This document shows positions 52,821 to 64,000 of a stretch of 64,000 nucleotides of DNA, piece by piece (the stretch's first letter is position 1; every line of letters begins with the position of its first letter). The notes below the pieces were generated by a model. The model did not search any database. It saw only the letters and a program-made list of their open reading frames with translations, and was not told where the DNA came from. This stretch comes from Squalus acanthias (Eukaryota), in the NCBI GenBank assembly GCA_030390025.1, contig CM059432.1, positions 68,574,001-68,638,000 of the forward strand, in the 5' to 3' direction. The translations under genes and the position numbers were made by a program.

Positions 52821-55139
52821 AATATCAATGGATGCATCAAGCAATCACATTGTGTTTGTATTGAAAATGGAACAGTTGGGAGACGCAAGGTCTGGAATGC
52901 AAGCAGCTAAAGGGAGTTAAGAATTCAATAGAAAGACTTCCTAAGGATAGCATCAAATAGATAAATCGATAATAACCATAAAAATGATAAGTTTTTGAAA
53001 CACCTATACAGCAGACAGGATTCTGAAAGCTGACAGCTGAATTAACAGTAAGAATAGAAAAGAATTCAATAAAGAATCACTAGAGATAATTAGCTTACAT
53101 CAGCAGAAAACTTCAAAGAATAAACCACTAAAAAAAGGTATAAAAATAGAGCTTTCCAGATAGAGAGTCAGAAGTCGCTGGGAAGGGGCAGAGCGATTCT
53201 CGCCTTCAGAACCACTCTGTAGGCCTACAACTCTGAGTCTTGGGTAATCAAGGTATTTAATTTTGGTGGATATTCTAGATTAAGAAATAAGTAGAAGTGT
53301 GGAAATGTAACAAAGTTAAGATTTGAGAGCAAGGATCTCTGATAAGAAATGTAAGCTATTTGTATTTTGAACGGTTAAAGTTGCGATTGCCATACCAGCT
53401 GTTAACTAAATGTCGGTTCTTTAATAAATCTATATATTTTTAAAATTGTCTCACAGAGTAATTTCTGTATCAACTTGTGAACTCAATTTCTGTACACTCT
53501 TTTGTAAGGAGTTGCAGAATTCTGGGGGGTTTTCCGGACCCTCACAATATCCGGAAGGTTACAGTCTAGTTAAACTTGTTAAAAGTGCTATCCAGAGGAT
53601 TGTAACATCTTCAGGCCGTTCCTTTCCTTTAGGCAGAGATAGTCTGAACCTTTAGACCCAATTAAGCATCTCTAGGATTCGGCTACCACTAACTTTAGTT
53701 GAAGGTGAACGTCTGGGGAATACGCCTGATCTGGGGTAGCCCGAAAAGGGCTAGGACTTGTAATTATCCCTTCAAGCCCTTGTCTTCAAGCAGCCAGTTG
53801 GTAAGTCTATTTGGAGGTGCGAAGAGCTGAGGGAGGGTGGACTGACGCAGCACGAAAGAGTCATGACAGCTGCCAGGGAATCTGACGCACACATGCATGA
53901 TCATCTTTTTATGGTTGCAGACGAGCTGCACATTGAGGGAGTGGAAGCCCTTGTGGTTCACAAACACTCCTGGGTGATGTGGGGGTGCCTTGATGGCGAC
54001 ATGTGTGCAGTCGATGAGGTCCTGCACCCTGTGGGAAGCCAGACAGAGCCTGCAAAGCTGAGCGCCCGCTCAGTAACACTGGCTTTATCAGTGGCAAAGT
54101 TTACATAATTGGCTGACTTGTGAAACATGGCATTGGTCACCTGGGTGATGCATCTGTGGGCGGCCGAATGTCTGCTGTAGATCCCTGGAAAGACCCTGAG
54201 GCGAAGAAGTTGAGGGCAGTGTGACTTTGACAGCCACTGGTAAGGAGTGTCCACCAGGAGCCTCTGGGCAGCAGGTCTTGTTCCAGCAAGCTACAAATGT
54301 CTGCGACGACCTGGCACAGATAGCCTGAGCCTCCTGTAGCACTGCTGCTCAGTCATGTCCAGGAAGCTCATCCTCTGCCTGTATACCCTGTGTTGGGGGT
54401 ATCGCCTCCGGCGCGGTGCAGCCCTGTGTTGACCCCCTCTCTCCTGTGGAGCATCAGGTCGTTGAGGAGAAGGCTGCTGGTGTTTTGGCTGCTGCTGCTG
54501 GTGTGGCTGGTGTTGTTGGTGCTGAGGCTCATCTTGGTCCGATTCTGAGGTCCAAGGTGAGACAGTGTAAGCGGCACCCATGCTGATATAATAGATGGCA
54601 GGTAAAGTGGAGATCAGAGGCCCAATCCCTCAATGTTGTGATAGTGACTAGCAATGTGGTGAGAGTGGCTTCTGAGGTTGCAGAAATGACCTGCAAACTC
54701 CTGACAGCCAAATCTCTGCACTAAATGGAGTTAGCAAGAGCCTTCCATTAGGCAAGGAAGCAGGTGTAATGTGGGAGCATTTATGTGTTTTTCCCAGCTG
54801 TCAATTAATGGACTCACACAATGGTGAGATTCCCAAGGTGTGTGAATCCCGTGTTCAAGAAGTTAAAGCCAAAACCTGCTGTTAAAATGCTTATTAAGGG
54901 TCTCTCAACAAGCATTTGAGTACTCCAATGAGGTCGCCTGCCTCTGCTGAGCGGGTCCATGGCATGCTGGGAAATGCGCCCGAGTTAAATGCGGAAGTCG
55001 GCGGGATGATGGTGGGTTCCCGACGCGCTGGCAATTTCTGGGATTTTTACTGTTGATCCTCCCCCCCCAAACCCGCACACTCGGCACTAGGAAAATTCTG
55101 GCCTAGATCTCAAGCATAATGTATCTGTTTTGATGGCTA

Positions 55140-55585
55140 GATAAAAGAAAGGAAAAGATTTGCATTTATATAGCACGTTTCACAACCTCTGGACATCCCA
55201 AACATTTTACAGCCAATGAAGTACTTTTGCAGGAAAACGCAGCAACCAAATTTGCGCACAGCAAGATCCTGCTAATAGCAATGAGATGATGACCAGATAA
55301 TTTGTTTTTTAGTGATGTTAGATGAGGGATAAATATTGGCCAGGACACCAGAAGAACGCCTTTGCTCTTCTAATAGTGGCATGGGATCTCTTACGTCCAC
55401 CTGAGAGGGCAGGCAGGGCCTTGGTTTAATGTCTCATTCAAAAGACAGTGCCTCCAACAGTGCAGCACGTCCTCAGTACTACACTGAAGTGTCAGCCTGG
55501 ATTATGTGCTTAAGTCTCTGGAGTACGGCTTGAACCTACAACCTTATGGCTCAGAGGCGAGAGTGCTACCACTGAGCCAAGGATA
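55140..55585 (-). mobile_element. Deu-domain SINE with intact head
   Basis: Minus strand starts TTGGCTCAGTGGTAGCACTCTCGCCTCTGAG...GGTTCAAGCC, followed by the Deu core and L2-like tail. Confidence 0.75.
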
Positions 55586-57251
55586 ACACCCACAAAGAAA
55601 AGTTGGGTAAAGTGTTACAGTATACCTGGAATAGATTCAAGAACCATAATGTTCATGGCTAGGAAAGATTACCAAAGGGAGCTCTCCTCCATTCATCCTA
55701 ATTTTTTTAATGGAATCCTAGTATAAGGAGATATGGAGGGTACATATATGTGAATCTCTCTTTCCAGGGTGTGCAGAAGAGTTTCACAGCAATGCTCCAT
55801 AGTTAGAGTCCTAAGTTGAATTTCTATAGCCTCTTGATATACAAAATTACCAATAGGTTGTTCCCTAAATAAATCCAATTCTAGAAAGAGCTGTGGTCTG
55901 AGTGGAGTCTATGTTGTGGATGAACAATTCCACTTACATAATCAGCCACATTGTCTACTCCCAATAGATGGACTAAGAGTGCAATTTGGTGATCTGAACA
56001 TAGAAATGCTAATTCACTGCCCAGCTTTCACTACAAAACTCATGTTTTCTCCTTTTTCTCACAGAAGAAGGTAGATCATAACCGCTGGGAATCTCAGGCT
56101 GCAGGTGGTGGTTTCCCTAAAAATAGACCTCTGATCTTTCAAGAGGAAGAAGCTTTAGAGATCCTGGGATGCCATACGCTGAACCTGTTAGCAATGGAAA
56201 CATAGGAGGGCCAATGGCAGCTGCAGGTTTGTCTGGACCTTGCCTGTATAATGGTTTGGGAGCACAAACACACTAGCAAGCCACACAATCAAGCAGCTTC
56301 AAAAGCCATGGTAGCATTATAACATTATAGTATCTCTTATATTTTCTTTTCCTCTAGATAAAAAGCAAGATGCTACTGAAGAGGAGGAGGGAGAAAGAGG
56401 CAAGCAACCTTCCACCTCTGCCCTACCAGCTACATTTCACCTTTTCTCATTCACTAGCCCAGAGAAGTCCACTTGGGGAATGTAGATAGTTCCAATAAGG
56501 GTTTTCGCTGGGTGAGACACAACATACGTGGGTGCTGAAGGAGTCAGCAATGAAAGTGTGATCTGACAGTGGGGAGCAGAGGCCCCTCAGAAATTAGCTC
56601 CTGGCTCAAAAGCCTGTGAATTTAGATCATTGGGCTCCTGCTCTAAAAAAGGATTAAGAATGAGCATCGCATACGTGGAGACACTGAGAACCATCTCAGA
56701 GGAAATGAAACAGATGGCAAATGTCATAGTAGAGTCTAATTGGATCCACAGTGCAAATATCTGATAAGAACTCAACATAATGCAGCAATATCTGGAGTAG
56801 GTGGTGGCATGAAGAACATATGCATCTATCCTTCCTGACACAGAGCAATTAGTGCAACCAAAGTAGATGCTTTGACCGCTGGCCTTCAAGCCTGAGGGAA
56901 CAATGGCAACCAGCCTCTGCAAGATTTGGAGCGCCATCACTCAGTGCCTGCAGGATCTAACTGCTACCATCAGGTTTGACCTTCCGTTAATCAGTGGGCA
57001 CACTGATCCAGGACCCAACACATGTGACGTTATTAGAATCCACCTTCATGATGCTGTCCCCTTTTCTGGTGACAGTTTATGTGACCTTTCTAGCCAGGTC
57101 TCTCAGGACCAGCTGTCCATGCACCTGCAGTGGCCTCCTCCTGAGACTCAGAAGCTCTGAGACAAGGCCACTTCAGTCCCAAAAGGCTCGTGATACAACA
57201 GCATAACAGATCACCACTCGCATCCTTGGCCCTCAGGTAGCACCTTGGCAC

Positions 57252-58735
57252 ATAAGAACATAAGAAATAAGAGCAGGAGTAGGCCATACGGCCCCTCGAG
57301 CCTGCTCCGCCATTCAATAAGATCATGACTGATCATCGACCTCAACTCCACTTTCCCGCCCGATCTCCATATCCCTTGATTCCCCTAGAGTCCAAAAATC
57401 TATCTATCTCAGCCTTGAATATATTCAATGACTCAGCATCCACAGCCCTCTGGGGCAGAGAATTACAAAGATTCACAACCCTCTGAGTGAAGAAATTCCT
57501 CCTCATCTCGGTCTTAAATGGCCGGCCCCTTATCCTGAGACTATGCCCCCTCATTCTAGACACTCCAGCTAGGGGAAATAACCTCTCAGCATCTACCCTG
57601 TCAATCTCCTTGAGAATTTTGGATGTTTCAATGAGATCACCTCTCATTCTTCTAAACTCCAGAGAGAATAGGCCCATTCGACACAATCTGTCATCATAGG
57701 ACAGCCCTCTCATCCCAGGAATCAATCTAGTGAACCTTCGTTGCACCGCCTCCAAGGCAAGTATATCCTTCCTTAGATAAGGAGACCAAAACTGTACACA
57801 GTACTCCAGGTGTGATCTCACCAAGGCCCTGTACAATTGCAGCAAGACTTCCTTATTCTTATACTCCAACCCCCTTGCAATAAAGGCCAACATGCCATTT
57901 GCCTTCCTTATTGCTTGCTGTACCTGCATGCCAGCTTTCTGTATTTCTTGCACGAGGACACCCAAATCTCTCTGAACACCAACATTTGAAAGTTTCTCGC
58001 CATTAAAAATATTCTGTTTTTCTATTCTTCCTACCAAAGAGAATAACTTCACATTTCCCTACATTATACTCCATCTGCCACCTTACTGCCCACTCGCTTA
58101 GTCTATCTATATCCCTTTGGAGACTCTTTGTGTTCTCCTCACAGTTTACTGTCCCACCTAGCTTTGTATCATCAGCAAACTTGGATACATTACACTCAGT
58201 CCTTTCATCTAGTTCATTAATATAGATTGTAAATAGCTGAGGCCCCAACACTGATCCTTGCAGCACCCCACTAGTTACAGCCTGCCAACCTGAAAAAGAT
58301 CCGTTTATCCCTACTCTCTGTTTTCTGTCCGTTAACCAATCCTCTATCCATACTACTATATTACCCCCAACCTCATGAGCCCTATAGAACATAGAACATA
58401 GAACAGTACAGCACAGTACAGGCCCTTCGGCCCTCGATGTTGTGCCGAGCATTGTCCGAGACAATCTTGTGTAATAACCTTTTATGTGGCACCTTATCGA
58501 ATGCCTTTTGGAAATCCAAATATACTACATCCACTGGTTCCCCTTTATCTAGCCTGCTAGTTACATCCTCAAAAAACTCTAATAAATTTGTCAAACACGA
58601 TTTCCCTTTCATAAAACCATGTTGACTCTGCCTAATCATTTTATGATTTTCTAAGTGCCCTGATACCACTTCCTTAACAATGGATTTCAGCATTTTCCCG
58701 ACGACTGACGTCAGGCTAACTGGCCTGTAGTTCCC
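57252..58735 (-). mobile_element. 5'-truncated CR1
   Basis: NYRPVSLTS, QHGFMKGKSC, LDFQKAFDKV, FADDTK, LEYCVQFWSP; (CTTATGTT) tail. Confidence 0.92.
58383..58461 (-). mobile_element. Short retroposed 3' tail fragment inside the CR1
   Basis: (TTCTATG)n tail plus tgtactgtgctgtactg; splits the host LHKI/RAH. Confidence 0.65.
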
Positions 58736-61074
58736 TACACAGCACCAGGACAGGTATAAGAACAGCACAGAGAGGCACCAAGAGTAGGGATGATGGTAAA
58801 AAGAAGCTGCAGTTGCAAATATATATATGCGCAGTAAAACCATTTTGTGGTCTGAAGTTCAGAGTTCTGAAATATGTCTTCATTGGACTTTTGTGTGTGA
58901 GAAGATTTTGGAGGTCAAGTTTCAACACAAAATGCAGTTCCTTCTATGTCCTCCTTAATGAACAGCTAGTTGCCTCCATTAGCAGATCTCTTCCGAGACA
59001 TTCTGTCGGGAGTAGCGCAGTCTGTAGACTCTGATGGAAGGGTACGTCCTAGTTAGGTTTCTCCTTTGGTATAATCGTATCCTGTGTGCCTCTTCCTCGT
59101 TATTTCTTCTTCCTCCTGTTCTGCCTCCATCTTAAGGACAAATATGGGAATAGCCATATTGAAACCCATATAAGGGGAGAAAAATATTTCCCTTTCTAAA
59201 ACTGATAAAAGGCAGTTTCCAGAATCCTTTCAACAACAACAATAACAACTTGTATTTATATAGCGCCTTTAATGTAGTAAAACATCCCAAGGCGCTGCAC
59301 AGGAATATTCTAAGCTTGTATAGCTGAGAAAAGATTGTTCTAATCACTCCAGTCAATGCTGATGTTTCAGACCAAGTTTGTGGACATTCAAAGGCTGTGG
59401 ACTCATCCACTTCCTGGTTTGAAAAGTCATGCAGATAAGTTGCCTTCTTTTCTACAGGCTTAATTTAAGTCAGGTGCAATTCTGATGTAGAATTTCTGGG
59501 ACAGGAGCTTTTGTTCTCGCTATTCTGTCATTTCCAAACATACACATTGGGGTGGGCACATTTTCTGCCAGGAACCAATTCTACCAGAACTTAAACTAAA
59601 TTTTAGAATGGATGAAACTTGGCGTATCTGACCTATGTCCCAAATTATAGTCCCCGAGCCAGAACACCACCAATTTTGCTCCGAAAATACAGAATTTTGG
59701 GCCAAGTTTATTGATAGCAGTTCTGGCCCCCAAAAGTTTGAAAACTACTGAACTAGATTATTTTTGGTGATATTTATTGTCACGGATTGACATGTTTCAT
59801 GAGTAAGTCACTGGCAAAGGCAGGCTTACAAATATAAAAATAAAAGGATCGAATTTCCGTGGGGGTTCTCCTGATTGCCCATCATAACTTTGGTGAAAGA
59901 TCTGCGGAAACACTGCATTTACACTGATTCTGTGGGACTTATGCCAATCTCCTGCTGAAAGTACGGCAGACGATCGTGAGAATTATGGAAATTCACCCCA
60001 AAATATTTCGCTTCAAAGTTTTGGTCCAAGAGATGGATTGATTACACTTTAATGACACCCAGTCTCTTCTAACCCACTTCTGACTGAAAACATCCTCACA
60101 GCCTGTTCAGCTGTGATTTCCCTCTCCTGATGCTTCTGCTTTCCATAATGCACTAACTTTGCTGAGCTTTGGGATCTCGGCTTGTGTCCTTGACTGTTTC
60201 TAGCTCCAGCACTTTCTAAACCCACCTCTTTCCTTAATGCTTCCAATTTCCAACTCTCCTTTCAGTTCTTCCAGCTCCTCCCCCACTGCTCCCAGAAGCC
60301 ATCTTGCCACATTATTTCTCCTAGACCCCTCAGTTCTTCCAGTCATCATCTCCAAGGCTTCTTTGTCAGAGGTCTCAGTGCACCCTCTCACTCCGCCTTT
60401 GCCATCCCTCCTTCTCCAGTACCTCTACTTCCCAGTCTACCCCATACTGCCTCTTATTGGTCCCACATATTAGCACATCCAGTGTTCTTTAGCACCCTCC
60501 AATTTGCTTAGAAACTCTGAGTCTCCCAGTCTTCAGACTCCCACTTGAGTGTTCTACTCTCCTTAAGGGTAGAGCACCAGTACTCTCAAGCCTCATAAAC
60601 CACCCCACAACATACCTATGCCAGTCACCCAAAAAATAATCCGTATTCTCTTGGAGACTGCAGCCTCCTCCAACCTTAACCCTTTGCATCCACCTGGCCA
60701 CAGCCCAACCCCTAGGCTTCAACAGCCTCTCCCACTAAACCTCCAACCTGGTTTATATTGTCTCTGGTTTTCCTGCATACCAAAAGCTTTAAACAAAGTA
60801 AGATAGAAATCAGAGCAAATTTTGGTCTTGCTTGACAGGAATGCAGATCAGTGAATCAACTATAATAAAACATTATGTATTACGTGATACAATGCTATCA
60901 TAAAATAGTGTACCTTCTGACTCACTGAATAATGCCACGCGAGACCCACTAGTATAGTTAAAAATTGCTTACTTTGCAACTTTCTGAAGGAAAAAGAAAA
61001 CCATAAAATGTAATCAATTAAGCAATTAAATGTTTTGCAGAAGGTTTTTTTTTAAATTGTGCAAAAAATTTAAA

Positions 61075-62770
61075 GGACGGGACTGAGTGGCTCAATACGC
61101 TTTCAGGGATATGGGACATATGCTGTGCGAGCCCCTAGCCTGTATTTTTAATAGCTCACAGCACTCTGGAATAGTTCCTATAGACTGGATGGAGGCTAAT
61201 GTAGTCCCCATCTTTAAAAAAGGTGACAAGACAGACCCAGGTAACTATAGGCCCATTAATTTAACATCAGTAATAGGTAAGATGCTTGAGGGAATCATAG
61301 GATGCAATATATGAATGCTTGGATAGAGAGGGACGTATCAGGTACACCCAACATGGCTTCATAAAAAGGAAGTCACGTCTTACAAATCAAAGTGTATTTT
61401 TTGAAGAAGTTACAAAGTTGGTGGATGAGGGAAGTCCAGTAGAAATTGTCTACTTAGACTTCCAAAAAGCTTTTGATAAGGTACCGTACAAGCGGCATCT
61501 CTATAAGAATGAAGCCTCTGGTATTAGTGGCAATATATTGAGCTGGATTGAGAACTGGCTGGCAGGACGTAGGCAAAAAGTAGTTATAGATGGATTTGGA
61601 TCTGTTTGGAGACCGGTCACCAGTGCTGTCCCACAGGAATCGGTGTTGGGACCGTTGCTCTTTGCTATTTTTATTAATGATCTAGATGTAGGTGTTGGGA
61701 GCACAATCTGCAAATTTGCAGATGATACCAAGATCTGTGCGAGTGTTAGGACTGTAGATGACGCTCGTCTGCTTCAGGCAGATCTTAATGTGTGGGGAGA
61801 TTGGGCTCATGACTGGAAAATGATGTATAACTTAGATCTAAGTGCAGTGTTAGGCATCTGGGGAGGGAAAATGCTCAACATTCATACACCCTTCAGGGAA
61901 AAGCATTAAAGGTGGAGACAGAAAGAGATTTGGGCATTCTAGTGCACACACCCTTAAAGGTACTGGAGCAATGCCGTGAAGCGATAGCTAGAGCAAATAG
62001 AGTGTTGGGGTGTATCCATAGGACAATTGAGTACAAGACGAGGCATACTATTTTGTCCTTGTACAAGACCTTAGTCAGGCCGCACTTGGAATACTGTGTC
62101 CAGTTTTGGTCTCCTCACATGGTGGGTGATATTGAGGCTTTGGAGAGGATGCAGAGGAGGGCCACTAGACTAATTCCCAGTCTAAAGCATCTTAGTTATC
62201 AAGATAGGCTAAAAGAGTTGGGACTCTACATGTTAGAGAAGCATAGACTTAGAGAGGTGATCTGATTGACGTTTATAAGATATTGATGAAGGGAATAGAT
62301 TGTGTTCCAGTTAACAGTTCATTTCAATTAAGTAGGTTCGGGAGGACCAGGGGTCACAAATTTAAGTTGTATAAGGCTAGATCTAGGTTAGATGTCAGGT
62401 AGTTCTTTTCCAAGAGAATAGTGGACCTTTGGAATAGGCTGCCGTCTCGTGCGGTGGATGCTGATTTGCTGAATTCCTTCAAGCGAGAGCTGGGCCTGTT
62501 TCTGGCTGGGGAGGAGATCACCTCTTACAGAAGGTAGGTACTGCAGGGAATTCAAGGCCAGAGTGATCTCCTAGACTAGTTTTGATCGCCTAAATGGGTC
62601 GGAGAGAATTTCCCAGATTTTCCCCTATCAAATTGGCCTGGGTTGTTTATGGTTTTTTGCCTCCCCCAGGAGATCACATGGTTTTAGATGGAGTGGCGTG
62701 TATACAAGGTGGGACAGACTCGTTGGACCAGAGGGTCTTTACCTGTCCGCCATTGTTCGTATGTATTTCT
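61075..62770 (+). mobile_element. 5'-truncated CR1 of another family, with a longer 3' UTR
   Basis: [46 protein letters not shown]-rich end. Confidence 0.85.
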
Positions 62771-63455
62771 GTATCCAACCAAGATTGTAGCAATGAACTC
62801 TCCTCTTCGCTGGCTGAAAGTGTTTTAAGCAAATCAGTTTGGGCTGTCCCCTAGTGGACATGGGCTCAAAACACCAAACTATTCCAGAAGGTTATGCCCC
62901 CTTGTTCAGAACTCCCCCACCAGAGGAATAGTTTCTCTCTATCTACCTATTAAATCCTTTAATCATCTTAAACACCTCAATTATATCACACATTAATCTT
63001 CTATACTTGAGGGAATACAAGCCTACTCTATGTAACCTGTCCTCATCGTTTAACCCTTTTAGCCGCAGTAGCATTCTGGTGAATCTGCAATACACCCCCC
63101 CTTCAAGGCCACTATATCCTTCCTGAGGTGCGGTGCCCAGGACTGGACACAATACTCCAGATACGGTCTAACCAACATCATTTCCACCCCTTTCTATTCC
63201 AGCCCCCTTGAGATGAAGACTAACATTCCATGAGCCTTTTAAATTGCTTTTTGTACCTGTCCACTAGTTTTCAGTGATTTCTGGACAGAGACCCCGAACT
63301 CTCTCTGCTCCACAGTTCCTGGTTTCTCACCAGTCAGACAATACTCTGATCGATCTTTCTTGGGCCCAAAGTGGATGACATCACACTTCCCCATGTTGAA
63401 CTTCATCTGCCACAGTTTTGCCCACTCACTTAATCCATCAATGTCTCTTGCAACC
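62770..63455 (-). mobile_element. Decayed CR1 3' fragment
   Basis: Reverse strand reads LVRPYLEYCVQSWAPHLRKD-like sequence. Confidence 0.7.
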
Positions 63456-64000
63456 TAAATGTTATTCCTGCCTTGTAACTATAATGCATTTATTTGAATT
63501 GGAGTGATCACTGAATACTAATAGAAGTCACAAAATACAAAACTGATCTTTTTAAGCACTAATTTAATGATTATAGAACAGTAATGATTAGGACATGTCA
63601 AACATGGGCCAATTATTTGTAATATTACTACTGACTGTTGTGGAAAATCTTTCCATTAATGTTTCCTAGTGACTACACTTCAAAAATACTTCATTGACTG
63701 TAAAGCACTTTGGGACATCCTGAGGTCATGAAAGGCACTGTGTAAATGCAAATCTTTATTTTTCCTCCTTTCAATAACCATTGGTCTCACTCACCTTAAT
63801 GGGGTGGGGGTGGATGCGAGAGAAAGAAGAGATTAAAACATCAATATCTATTTTTAATTTATCCCATTACTTTAAAAAAAACACAATTCCATAACTGCCT
63901 CACTCCAGTTTAGAAATCAGGAGCTCACAAACTAATGCGACAGTAGAAAGTTTTCTAACTTTATCAGAGGACCTTAGTCAATAAAGAATACAGTGCAACA

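Larger units (their letters stand above)
51383..53774 (+). mobile_element. Solo LTR (~1.5 kb after removing the nested MITE)
   Basis: TG...CA termini (TGTAATGG...CCCTTCA); exact 4-bp TSD AGCC splitting transposase DKG/YP; TATAAAAA at 53139 and AATAAA at 53423 in U3-R-U5 order; no ORF. Confidence 0.8.
50972..54581 (-). pseudogene. Harbinger DDE transposase split by a solo LTR
   Basis: [35 protein letters not shown] | [34 protein letters not shown]. Confidence 0.88.
48528..55103. mobile_element. Two-gene Harbinger transposon carrying nested insertions
   Basis: TAG flanks; degenerate TIRs GGTGGGAATCTT / AAAATTCTGGCC; Myb gene (+) convergent with transposase (-). Confidence 0.85.
56040..59135. 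mobile_element. Highly decayed Harbinger remnant interrupted by a CR1
   Basis: 56060-57250 resembles Myb exons 2-3 (+); 58740-59130 resembles a transposase N-terminus (-, RTYPSIRVYR). Confidence 0.5.

Noticed and set aside
59480..60000. Two further small TIR elements (GAATTT...AATTTTGGGCC; GAATTTCC...GGAAATTC), with similar traces at ~3570-3725, ~24100-24355 and ~24570-25175
   Set aside because: Probably old Harbinger MITEs, but TIRs and TSDs are too decayed to delimit.
60040..60790. Pyrimidine-rich stretch with short ORFs
   Set aside because: No diagnostic motif; possibly an old LINE remnant but I cannot support a call.

Overview
Vertebrate genomic DNA, most likely from a cartilaginous fish (shark). 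This is inferred from V-SINE/HE1-like and Deu-domain SINEs and abundant CR1 LINEs. The only host gene I can support is the 3' half of an RZ/A-subfamily regulator of G-protein signalling (closest to RGS20) on the + strand. It has two coding exons (26663-26897 and 44398-44586) separated by a 17.5 kb intron, followed by a ~3 kb repeat-free probable 3' UTR. Most of the rest is decayed and nested transposons: a Tx1/L1-like LINE, several CR1 families (two near full length with a zinc-finger/esterase ORF1), a second CR1/L2-group family, Penelope-like elements with degenerate hammerhead cores, several two-gene PIF/Harbinger elements (spliced Myb/SANT gene plus convergent DDE transposase), Harbinger and Tigger/pogo MITEs, a solo LTR and SINEs. 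No TE ORF is intact. I did not find a clearly new biological system. The best leads are a four-level nested insertion in which a Penelope end sits at the apex of a MITE hairpin, a Tx1 LINE ending inside the A-box of a tRNA-derived SINE head, an internally inverted Penelope, and recurrent splice-donor clusters in CR1 5' UTRs and a MITE family. Coordinates were counted by hand; boundaries of old TEs are approximate.
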